20,076 nucleotides of DNA, from the NCBI GenBank assembly GCA_049512075.1, contig JBEKXL010000032.1:1-20076 (forward strand), read 5' to 3'. Below, in pieces: positions 1-7,475 of the stretch. The DNA comes from Candidatus Bathyarchaeia archaeon (GTDB taxonomy: Archaea > Thermoproteota > Bathyarchaeia > Bathyarchaeales > Bathycorpusculaceae). A model generated the notes under the pieces. The model saw nothing but the letters and a program-made list of their open reading frames with translations, was not told the origin of the DNA and searched no databases. A program made the position numbers and the translations under genes. Each line of letters starts with the position of its first letter. The stretch's first letter is position 1.

Positions 1-280
1 TCATAGCATTTTTAACTTCAGCCTTGCGAACTACAACGTACTCGTTTATTGATACGCCGGCATTTTTACGTAAGAACCCATCGATTCGCATAATGCTTGG
101 ATCCTGGTCTTCAGAGTACGCTGGCCAAGCGATCGCCGACGTCTTTTTCTTCCCTGAGAACTCTATTACGTCTCCAGATGAAACCCCTAACTTTTGCATT
201 ACGGTCTGGTCTATTCTAGCGATTCCTCTTGCCACATCTTTCTGTCTGGAATCCAGAACTCTCAGCTGAACTTCGCTCAA
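1..280 (-). CDS. cdc48: CDC48/VAT family AAA+ ATPase, N-terminal part (runs off window)
   Basis: Manual translation from TTG at 280: MSEVQLRVLDSRQKDVARGIARIDQTVMQKLGVSSGDVIEFSGKKKTSAIAWPAYSEDQDPSIMRIDGFLRKNAGVSINEYVVVRKAEV, matching the CDC48 N-domain. Not in the ORF track because it is open-ended. Confidence 0.93.
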   Translation of the reverse strand, partial: MSEVQLRVLDSRQKDVARGIARIDQTVMQKLGVSSGDVIEFSGKKKTSAIAWPAYSEDQDPSIMRIDGFLRKNAGVSINEYVVVRKAEVKNAM

Positions 281-437
281 TCTTCAACGCTCCACTAAAT
301 ATATTTCTGATAGAAGCACTAAACCCTTTCTCCCAATATAAGTAGAGGACCATTAAGGTGACCCTGGAACTTCAATACAAATAGGGCATGTGCTGACATG
401 ACATACAAGGTCCACGCAGCTCCGCGCGCGCACGCGC

Positions 438-931
438 GTTTACGATTTTTCCATTTCTTTGGATGCGGACGGAAGGCCCAGGATAAGGGAGTTTGGTAAT
501 GTGCAAAAGTGTCACTACGGCCCGCGCGCGCTCAAATCTGGGAGCAAAGCGAACCGCTAGTGGATGTGTTAGATGAGGAAGAAGAGGTTGTGGTGGTGAC
601 CGAGCTTTCAGGCGTGGAAAAGGAGGACATAAGCCTTTACGCGTCCAAGGATGGACTTACTATCAGCGTGGACACCCCGCAACGAAAACATCAAAAGGAG
701 CTACCACTGCCAGAGGAAGTGGATCCTAAACCAGTGAAGGCCTCCTACAAAAATGGCGTCCTCGCGATACTATTCAAAAAGAAGAGCAAAGGAGAAAAGA
801 TCCGCATTCAGCAGCTGAACCGGGCTAGAAAAAATGCGTGTCCTCTCGCTTTTCGATCTCATGATTTCTCTCTCTATGTTAGCCATGAACATTTGAGAAA
901 TCCAAAGAAAGATAAATCTAGTACAGCTTAA
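438..931 (+). pseudogene. hsp20: Archaeal small heat-shock protein Hsp20, 5'-truncated and frameshifted
   Basis: Frame from 438 gives VYDFSISLDADGRPRIREFGNV (archaeal Hsp20 N-motif) with no in-frame start. The frame shifts in the (CG)n tract at ~523-531 into EPLVDVLDEEEEVVVVTELSGVEKEDI...ASYKNGVL (alpha-crystallin domain). The expected stop after GEKIRI is absent, adding a ~40-aa tail. Confidence 0.8.
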
Positions 932-953
932 ATGGAATAAGAGGTGATGGAAG

Positions 954-1082
954 ATGGGGAAAGTATATCGATGCCCAAATTGTAATAGAACAGAAATCAT
1001 ATGGGATGCAGGACTTAGAAAAGCTGTATGCCCAAAAGATAAAACACCGGTGAACAACTACAAAACGGAAAATAATGCTTGA
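954..1082 (+). CDS. Small Zn-ribbon-like protein (42 aa)
   Basis: RBS GAGGTGA at 941-947. MGKVYRCPNCNRTEIIWDAGLRKAVCPKDKTPVNNYKTENNA has CPxC and CPxD knuckles. Confidence 0.5.
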   Translation: MGKVYRCPNCNRTEIIWDAGLRKAVCPKDKTPVNNYKTENNA

Positions 1083-1272
1083 AAATATCTTTGACGTTCG
1101 CGCGCTAACCTTTTCCTCTAAATCTCTGTCTTGCTTGAAATAGATCTCACTTGGATATAATTTGTTGCATAATATAGAGCGCATTGTAGCCCATCTCTTG
1201 TTCAATATTGAAGCGTGCGTGCAAAGTTATGAACTAGGGCTTATAAGCTAAACTTGCGTCTTTTGTCGTTTT

Positions 1273-1413
1273 ATGGCTTTGCCGATAGCTAAGATCGACT
1301 TACATATTCACACTAGTTTCTCAGATGGAGCTTGCAGTGTCGATGAAGTCGTTAACTTAGTTTGTTGCCGATTTCCGTATACGTCTGTCTCGCATTTTCT
1401 TGAAGCAGACTAA
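1273..1413 (+). pseudogene. PHP-domain phosphoesterase N-terminal fragment
   Basis: MALPIAKIDLHIHTSFSDGACSVDEVVNL carries PHP motif I (DLHxHT.xSDG), then loses similarity and stops after 46 aa. Confidence 0.6.
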
Positions 1414-1468
1414 GAATTTTCCAATCCAACTCGTCTCGCGCGCGCCAGAGGGGAATACAAAACATGAT

Positions 1469-1612
1469 CTATGTGCCAATCTTCTTTAGTCTAGCAATCT
1501 TCTTCCTCTTTCTCTTCTCTTTCCTTTCCCTTTTCGTTAGAGGCTTAGGTCTCCCTTCAGCCTCCATAGCCCTCTTTTCTTTCTTTTCACCTTTCTTCTT
1601 CTTGCCCATCAT
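1469..1612 (-). CDS. Small Lys/Arg-rich protein (47 aa)
   Basis: GGGAGG-like RBS upstream. MMGKKKKGEKKEKRAMEAEGRPKPLTKRERKEKRKRKKIARLKKIGT. Confidence 0.5.
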   Translation of the reverse strand: MMGKKKKGEKKEKRAMEAEGRPKPLTKRERKEKRKRKKIARLKKIGT

Positions 1613-1666
1613 ATCGCCTCCCCATGATAATTGCGTGCGCTCTAAATCTTATTCCTCTCTTTTGTC

Positions 1667-1834
1667 TTATGGCGTCTCTTCTTCTGTTTCGAATTTTGTG
1701 GTCCGTGTGGCACTTACTAGGTGGGTTACGTAGCCAGCTATCATGTTTGTCAGTTTTGGGGAGGAGGTTTTGACGAGGCTTTTAGCAAGTTCTTTGTTTG
1801 TCCTCTTCACTCGCTCCGGCCGCACCTTACCCAA
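1667..1834 (-). pseudogene. rps17e: 30S ribosomal protein S17e homolog with in-frame internal deletion
   Basis: TTG start. MGKVRPERVKRT|NKELAKSLVKTSSPKLTNMIAGYVTHLV: the S17e N-motif (MGxVR..VKR) and C-motif (NK...N.IAGYVT) are joined without the usual central ~18 aa (A.EL.E.Y...FT.DFE). Confidence 0.8.
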
Positions 1835-2205
1835 GATTTAACGCCCCTTAACCCCCGCTCCTTTGCCTCCATCCACACATAGCGCGCTAGGGCGTTGCTT
1901 AAATCAGATTTTAATAGTTTTTATTCGGTTTCATGAGTAGTTGGCAGTTTTTGGTTGAACAATCTTCCCATCAGAAGCATCCAAACACACACCGAGAAAA
2001 AACCAACACATATTAAAATCCATTTTTGTCCGAATTTAGCAACAGCCTAGCGCGCGCAAACTTTACTCCTGCACGTTTCCTCAAAAGGAAAGAGAGGGGT
2101 TTCCAACGATTCAACCCTGTAGCAAACTGACAGGCACTAGTTGCATTTGTTGGATTGAACCTGGAAACCTATCCAAGACTGAAGGGTGCCTAAATAAAAG
2201 TGTTA

Positions 2206-2239
2206 GCGCGCGCCGGTACTGGTGCGTTAAGGGACATGA
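2206..2239 (+). repeat. Left TSD (2206-2214) + left TIR (2215-2239)
   Basis: GCGCGCGCC followed by GGTACTGGTGCGTTAAGGGACATGA. Confidence 0.93.
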
Positions 2240-2862
2240 ATGTCTTAAATATATCCAAAAAGATAACACACATATCAAGGGTGGATGTTGGAGAAACGTC
2301 AACCAGAAGTTTAAGGAAACGCTTGTCGCGGTATTACAGAAAGATGCGGAGAATAAAAATCACAAGACGTCATGGAGAAGCTTTAGCGAAGAATTATCTC
2401 GGTGTTCTTCTGTTCTTAGGAGAATTGTCCGTCGTTCTTTTGATGTTATTCTTACTCACATCGAATATCTTGGATTTGAAAACGGTTCTCTCGGTGTTGG
2501 TGCCTGACTTGTTCATAGCAATTTTTCTCTATTATCTTCTCGGTCAAGGACGTCGTGGTCAGGAAGAAGAAATATCTAACCTATTTGACGTTGCTGAGAA
2601 ATGTGCGCACTTAGTAGTTTACAAGTTCAGATTGCTTGAAGCGGATTTCTATTTTGTTGAAAACACAACTACCCAGGAATATTACAAAGCTCCAAAACAT
2701 ATCGCGCAAATGGCTGATCTTGGGGCTATTAGATTAGTCGAGTGCCAAAAAGGAGAGAAAGAAATGCGAGCAAAATTGCAGAACTCGCATGGAAATGAAG
2801 CAGAAGCCACAATCATTCAGCTTATGCCAAGGGAAAAGCCTATAAGTTACGATAGCTTTTAG
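2236..2862 (+). CDS. Passenger membrane protein (2 predicted TM helices + soluble C-terminal domain); start uncertain (2236, 2281 or 2344)
   Basis: Long ORF with hydrophobic stretches YLGVLLFLGELSVVLLMLFLLTS and VLSVLVPDLFIAIFLYYLL. The track start at 2200 lies outside the element, so the true start should be internal. Confidence 0.65.
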   Translation: MNVLNISKKITHISRVDVGETSTRSLRKRLSRYYRKMRRIKITRRHGEALAKNYLGVLLFLGELSVVLLMLFLLTSNILDLKTVLSVLVPDLFIAIFLYYLLGQGRRGQEEEISNLFDVAEKCAHLVVYKFRLLEADFYFVENTTTQEYYKAPKHIAQMADLGAIRLVECQKGEKEMRAKLQNSHGNEAEATIIQLMPREKPISYDSF

Positions 2863-2887
2863 GATATAGATAAGAGCGTGATAAGCT

Positions 2888-3772
2888 ATGAATTGCAAGT
2901 ATTGTGACTCTGAAAAAGTTGTGAAGAATGGCACGAAAGGCGATAGACAGAGATACCTCTGCAAAGATTGCGGTCACAAGTTTTTTGAAGGTTCAGAGTT
3001 TCCGAGAATGAGAACTGAGGCACGGATTATTTCTTCTAGCATTGACTTTTATTTTGAGGGTTTAAGCACTAGGAAGATTCAGACTCAGATTGAGAAACTG
3101 TACGGTGTTCATGTTGACCATTCGACAGTGCTAAGGTGGATTCTGAAATACTCTAACTTGGTCTCTCGATACGTCGAAACTTTAACGCCTCAGTTGTTGG
3201 GTATTTATCATGTTGACGAAACAGCGATCAAGTGTAAGGGTGTTCAAAAATGGTTCTGGGAAATTATTGACGATCAGACTAAATTCCTAGTTGCAGGTCA
3301 CCTTTCAGGTTTGAGAACCATTGAAGAGGCAGTAGCTCTTTTTGAGAAAAGCATGAAGGTAGCTAAAAAGAAGCCAACTTCAATCTACTGTGATGGGCTA
3401 AAACCATACGTGGACGCTTACAATCAAGTGTTCCGTACGATGAAAAAAGAAACAAGACCAGAATTAGTAAGAAGAGTTGGAATAAAAGCAATTCACAATC
3501 AGAACGTAGTTGAAAGACTTCATAGCACCCTTAAAGACAGAATAAAGCCGACAAGAGGTTTGAAAGGTGAAAAGACTGTTAGAACTTTGCTTGAAGGCTG
3601 GGTTGTCCACTACAACTATGTTCGGAAACATCAGACTTTGAAAATGACTCCTGCACAAGCCAGTGGATTAAACGTAAAGAATGACTGGTACACTCTTGTA
3701 AAGGATGCAACGAAGAATGAGGCGAAGAGAGAGGAAAAGCAAGTTCAGCAAATTGAGATGACTGTGAAATGA
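2888..3772 (+). CDS. DDE transposase, IS6 (IS240)-like catalytic domain with IS1-type N-terminal Zn ribbon and HTH
   Basis: CKYC...VKNG...QRYLCKDC Zn ribbon; GLSTRKI...VDHSTVLRWI HTH; catalytic motifs HVDET, CDG and NVVERLHSTLKDR. Frame intact. Confidence 0.95.
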   Translation: MNCKYCDSEKVVKNGTKGDRQRYLCKDCGHKFFEGSEFPRMRTEARIISSSIDFYFEGLSTRKIQTQIEKLYGVHVDHSTVLRWILKYSNLVSRYVETLTPQLLGIYHVDETAIKCKGVQKWFWEIIDDQTKFLVAGHLSGLRTIEEAVALFEKSMKVAKKKPTSIYCDGLKPYVDAYNQVFRTMKKETRPELVRRVGIKAIHNQNVVERLHSTLKDRIKPTRGLKGEKTVRTLLEGWVVHYNYVRKHQTLKMTPAQASGLNVKNDWYTLVKDATKNEAKREEKQVQQIEMTVK

Positions 3773-3924
3773 AAAAGATTCTAGTTAGCCTTCCAGAAGG
3801 CATATTCAAGACTGTCAGAGAATTGAAAGGACAGCTTGGGGACAGCGATTCTGAGGTTGTTCGCACTATGGTGATAAGCTTTCTAAGTGAAAAAGGATAT
3901 TTAAACAAGAAGGAAGAACCATGA
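3769..3924 (+). CDS. Ribbon-helix-helix (CopG-like) DNA-binding protein (51 aa)
   Basis: ATGA overlap with the transposase stop. MKKILVSLPEGIFKTVRELKGQLGDSDSEVVRTMVISFLSEKGYL fits the beta strand, helix, G.S.SEVVR helix pattern. Confidence 0.8.
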   Translation: MKKILVSLPEGIFKTVRELKGQLGDSDSEVVRTMVISFLSEKGYLNKKEEP

Positions 3925-4076
3925 GTGAAGCAAAGGTATGTCCCAAGTGTGGTGCCAATAAACTAATGAAAAGTGACACTTTTAGACTTGAAACGAAATG
4001 GCGAGTTAGTTGGATTGTTGTAACTTCCTATATCTGTGATAATTGTGGTTACGTTGAGCTGTACAAGGAGAAATAA
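3921..4076 (+). CDS. Small Zn-ribbon protein (51 aa)
   Basis: ATGA overlap with the RHH stop. MSEAKVCPKCG...SYICDNCGYVELYKEK (CPxCG...CxxCGYxExY). Confidence 0.75.
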   Translation: MSEAKVCPKCGANKLMKSDTFRLETKWRVSWIVVTSYICDNCGYVELYKEK

Positions 4077-4078
4077 GG

Positions 4079-4270
4079 ATGAGCAAAAGAAAGAAAGACC
4101 GCTTTAAAGAATTAGCTTTGGAACTTGACATGGTGGATCACATGATTGCTGCATTGGTGGATGTCTTAGAGAGAAAGGGTGTTTTGACTTCTGAGGAATG
4201 GGAAAAGGAAGTTAAGGCAAAAGTTGAAAATGCAGCTAAGACCACGAAAAGTTTTCGGGAGATTGAATGA
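4079..4270 (+). CDS. Small helical hypothetical protein (63 aa)
   Basis: Starts 2 nt after the previous stop. Amphipathic segment ALVDVLERKGVLTSEEWEKEVK. Confidence 0.72.
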   Translation: MSKRKKDRFKELALELDMVDHMIAALVDVLERKGVLTSEEWEKEVKAKVENAAKTTKSFREIE

Positions 4271-4482
4271 CTTTGGGAAGAAAGGATTTCCTTCGAAAAA
4301 TAGTAAAGAGCTTGCGGGGAACCACAAGAGAAACTGCGAAGACAAAACAAGAAATGAATCTTGATACTGTCGAAGCTCTCATTTTGAACCAGATTATTGA
4401 CAAGAAAGTTGAGGATGTTGACCAAGGGGGACTTGTTACAATAAAGAAAACTTCGGATGAGAAGTACTACTTAGAGGCATAG
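4267..4482 (+). CDS. Hypothetical protein (71 aa)
   Basis: ATGA overlap with the previous gene; last gene of the coupled run. Confidence 0.6.
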   Translation: MTLGRKDFLRKIVKSLRGTTRETAKTKQEMNLDTVEALILNQIIDKKVEDVDQGGLVTIKKTSDEKYYLEA

Positions 4483-4511
4483 TCTTGTCATCTGTCAGTT
4501 TTGGTAAGTTT

Positions 4512-4712
4512 TTACGACCACCATCGTTTTCTGTTCCAGCTCTCTTTCCTAACGACGAACTTGATGTTTGTGCCCTTGTAATTTTTGTTCATGCTGTTTG
4601 CTTTTTTCTGCGCTCGCTTCTTCAAACGAAAACGTTTTCCAGCAACAACTCTAACGGGCGTTCTGCCTTGCTTTCTGACAACAAGCCATCGAGATTTTTT
4701 TTGAGAACTCAA
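4512..4712 (-). CDS. Small basic hypothetical protein (66 aa)
   Basis: TTG-start ORF convergent on the cargo operon, very K/R-rich, fills the space up to the right TIR. Confidence 0.42.
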   Translation of the reverse strand: MSSQKKSRWLVVRKQGRTPVRVVAGKRFRLKKRAQKKANSMNKNYKGTNIKFVVRKESWNRKRWWS

Positions 4713-4757
4713 ACAAGACTCACAAAAGAAAAATTCTACGGTTTTTTACATCGGCTG

Positions 4758-4791
4758 TCATGTCCCTTAATGCACCAATACCGCGCGCGCC
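4758..4791 (-). repeat. Right TIR (4758-4782) + right TSD (4783-4791)
   Basis: TIR reverse complement is GGTATTGGTGCATTAAGGGACATGA; GCGCGCGCC follows on the + strand. Confidence 0.93.
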
Positions 4792-4871
4792 TCTTTCCCC
4801 CTACTTCGACCAGTTCCCTCCTTCAAAATGAGAATGAGCTGTCCCGTTTCCGTTGTTGTTAAATAAGTCAC
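4783..4871 (-). pseudogene. Thermosome (group II chaperonin) N-terminal fragment
   Basis: GGAGG RBS at 4881-4885, GTG start. MTYLTTTETGQLILILKEGTGRSRGKEA matches the thermosome N-terminus (GQP.LILKEGT.R.RG..A). Similarity ends at the GCGC target site and does not resume left of 2206. Confidence 0.75.
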
Positions 4872-5081
4872 GTAAAACTTCCTCCACTTCAATTAAGATC
4901 GAATCTGGTTTTGGATTAAATAAACGTGCCTATTCTACCGAAAGCGCTTTCTAAATTTCGACCCCGTTATTTCCTAGATTAGTCCCTTTAGTATTTTGCA
5001 AACAATTTCCAAAGCAGAAATGTATCAAAAGGTATCAACTCTTAAATTTTGCAATTTTAACTTCGTTCTGGAAGGCATAAA

Positions 5082-5361
5082 ATGTTTCAATATTTTGAGG
5101 CTGCAAGAGTTGGGAGTTGGCTTGGATGGATTTTCAATTTTGGTTTTGGGAGTGTTCTCTTTGGTGCGCTTCCTTTTGAGCGTACTGATGGTCTTCCCCC
5201 TTTCCATACTCATTCTCATGTGTTATGCGGATGTGTTAAAGAACCCGTCAAAAAATGTCATTAACACACAGAAAACTACGAGAAAGTATGGAATTATTGG
5301 GGTAACAATGCTATGGGCTTATGCACTACTCGCAAAAATAGCCAGCTTTTATAGGGCTTAG
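5082..5361 (+). pseudogene. Probable membrane-protein remnant (weak UbiA-prenyltransferase-like N- and C-terminal pieces in two frames)
   Basis: MFQYFEAARVGSWLGWIFNFGFGSVLFG in one frame and a hydrophobic C-terminal piece in another. Family assignment is speculative. Confidence 0.28.
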
Positions 5362-5617
5362 GACGCAAGTTTGAAAAGGCATATACGAGTTTTCTGCACT
5401 TAATTATAACCCATCACCTAAATGCGAAGTGAATGCTGTGTCTAAAACCGGAATCTAGGATAAGGGAGCCGCGCAAAAATATCCTTAGGCTGCTCTGTTG
5501 TTTAATCGCTTTATAAGGAAGTTTGCGTATTATAGGGCAGTAGCGTTTTGTTGTTGAAGGACGGAAGAACACAGCAGCATTGCACGTTACAATCAATGAT
5601 GAAAGGAGTGATGTAAA

Positions 5618-5905
5618 ATGGCGGAAAGATCGGGAATCGTTTTCATTGGAAGTAAAACACCAATGGACTATGTTCTAGCGATTATTACGAGCCTATCGAC
5701 GAGCAATGCTAAGGAAGTAGTCTTGAAAGCACGAGGACAAGCAATCACAACAGCTGTTGACGCAGCTGAAATAACCAGAGGCCGCTTCCTAAAAAACCTA
5801 AAAATAAGCAGAATCGCAATAGGGACAGAGGAGATGCCACCGAGAGAAGGCGAAAACAGATCACGGATGGTTTCAACAATTGAAATAACGCTTACAAAAG
5901 AGTAG
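5618..5905 (+). CDS. albA: DNA/RNA-binding protein Alba
   Basis: VFIGSKTPMDYVLA...LKARGQAITTAVDAAEI...IGTE...VSTIEITL; GGAGTGA RBS. Confidence 0.95.
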   Translation: MAERSGIVFIGSKTPMDYVLAIITSLSTSNAKEVVLKARGQAITTAVDAAEITRGRFLKNLKISRIAIGTEEMPPREGENRSRMVSTIEITLTKE

Positions 5906-6294
5906 GAAAACCTTGCGAAACACACGCGCTAAGTAAACATTAAGGCACCGCGGGTCTCTAAATGTTCCGAAAAATAGGTTTTTGACGATTTTTGTTTTCT
6001 CCCGATACCTTAGGCTTTAAGAACTCTAACAGAACCAAACGCCTTTTTACGAAGCGCAATATGACCCTATCGGGTTATGTCATTGCGAAGCACATTCAAC
6101 CTTCCAATTTTCTTTTGTTCTACGAATTGAAAGAAGTGTTTTAAAAACAGGTGAACAAGAACTTTTGAAAAGATTAGAAGAGATCGAAAAATGGGGGAAT
6201 GAGGGGCCTGTAGACTTGATGCCTTATGCCTTCTCCACCAACCTCGGCTTTACTTGCGGCTTTTTTTGCCTTTTTTGAGCCGTATTCGGTGTGC

Positions 6295-6465
6295 CTAAAT
6301 AATCTTCTTGCTTAGTACTTCTCGGAAGGGCTTCTTGCACTTTGGACAGTCGAAAAGGCCGATTTCTAACTGAGTTCTTTTTCCAGCTTTGGACGGGCGT
6401 CCAGCCATTGTCCACTTCTTCTTAGGCGATGAAACAACTGTTCCACATTTTTTACATTTTCCCAT
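6295..6465 (-). CDS. Cren7-like small chromatin protein with Zn-ribbon cysteines (56 aa)
   Basis: GGAGG RBS. MGKCKKCGTVVSSPKKKWTMAGRPSKAGKRTQLEIGLFDCPKCKKPFREVLSKKII shows the Cren7 pattern P.K.W....K....IGLF.....K.FR. Missed by the ORF track. Confidence 0.75.
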   Translation of the reverse strand: MGKCKKCGTVVSSPKKKWTMAGRPSKAGKRTQLEIGLFDCPKCKKPFREVLSKKII

Positions 6466-6607
6466 TTAATTTCCTCCAGTATATCTTGATAACCATCTGA
6501 TGGCGATAGATAAAACACTTTCCATCGTTTTCGGATACGAGCGCGTTCTACTTCACTACGATGAGGAATGTTCGACCGAAGGCGATAGGCGGTTAACGTA
6601 TGAAGTT

Positions 6608-7168
6608 TTATTCGTAGAATATGAGGTTTTGTTCCTCCAAGCTTCTGTGAAGCTTATGCACCGCGTCATAAACGTCCTGTTCCTTCTTCGCTCCGGTGCA
6701 AACAAGGTTCCCGCTTGCGAATATCAGTATGACCACCTTAGGCTCGTCCATCCTGTATATCAATCCTGGAAACTGCTCCGGCTCATACATGGTTTTTACA
6801 AGCGCGCCCACTGCCAGTTCCAACTCTATCCTTCCGCCTAAACTTGCGGAGGCAACAATGTTCACAACCTTCAAGTCCGGCTTGCTGATGATGATTATTC
6901 CACCCTTTTTCAACTCTTTAACAACTGTCATGACGGCCCTGCGGGATTCCTTCTCCGATTTTGCCCCCGTGCACACCATTTTGCCAGAATTGAAGATCAG
7001 CGTGGCTGTCTTCGGTCTCTTCAGCCTAAACACTAGTCCCGGGAACTGTTCCGGACGATACTCTACGCCTGGATAACTCTTCACGATAGCGTTTAAGTCA
7101 ACTTTCTGGTTTAAGGTTGCAGAAGCAACAACGTTTTGAATTTTTATTATGGCTTCAGTCTTCGGCAT
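6608..7168 (-). CDS. tbp: TATA-box-binding protein
   Basis: Two TBP repeats: NVVAS...YRPEQFPGL...LIFNSGKMVCTGAK and NIVAS...YEPEQFPGL...LIFASGNLVCTGAK. Confidence 0.98.
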   Translation of the reverse strand: MPKTEAIIKIQNVVASATLNQKVDLNAIVKSYPGVEYRPEQFPGLVFRLKRPKTATLIFNSGKMVCTGAKSEKESRRAVMTVVKELKKGGIIIISKPDLKVVNIVASASLGGRIELELAVGALVKTMYEPEQFPGLIYRMDEPKVVILIFASGNLVCTGAKKEQDVYDAVHKLHRSLEEQNLIFYE

Positions 7169-7284
7169 AAAACACCACTTCTTACAATGTGGCGGATGCT
7201 TAAATACCCTTTATAAAAGCCCTATGTTGCCAGCGTATGGAGGCTTCCCGCGCATCCCTTTTTTCTGTGAGCGCCGGTTGTAAT

Positions 7285-7434
7285 TTAATATTGCTCTCTC
7301 TTCCAAATATTATAAGGACATTGGGTCCGGCAGTAGCTGCCTCCCTTAAAAATACAGTTCCGGCATTCAGGCCGATCAAAAAACCTAGGCTTACCTACAA
7401 CCCTTCCACAGTACGGATATACCCGAAGCCTCAC
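7285..7434 (-). CDS. Possible small Cys-rich protein (49 aa)
   Basis: GTG start. MRLRVYPYCGRVVGKPRFFDRPECRNCIFKGGSYCRTQCPYNIWKREQY. Confidence 0.35.
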   Translation of the reverse strand: MRLRVYPYCGRVVGKPRFFDRPECRNCIFKGGSYCRTQCPYNIWKREQY

Positions 7435-7475
7435 TTTCAGTTTGCGGGTAGCGCTTTTCCAAGCTTGAGCGCGCT

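Larger units (their letters stand above)
2215..4782 (+). mobile_element. IS6/IS1-like DDE transposon with passenger genes (2,568 bp)
   Basis: 25-bp TIRs matching at 23/25, flanked by a 9-bp direct repeat GCGCGCGCC (2206-2214 and 4783-4791). Contains a central transposase plus up to 6 other ORFs. Confidence 0.92.

Noticed and set aside
305-315. TTC-N5-GAA upstream of cdc48 (and TTC-N4-GAA near 4933) as a heat-shock operator
   Set aside because: Too short, inconsistent spacing, and no match to archaeal heat-shock motifs I can support.
1464-1733. Phe/Ser-rich 'membrane' ORF on + strand
   Set aside because: Antisense shadow of the Lys-rich peptide and S17e-like genes.
2200-2235. Track start of the 220-aa ORF
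   Set aside because: It lies across the flank, TSD and TIR, so it is a chance extension created by the insertion.
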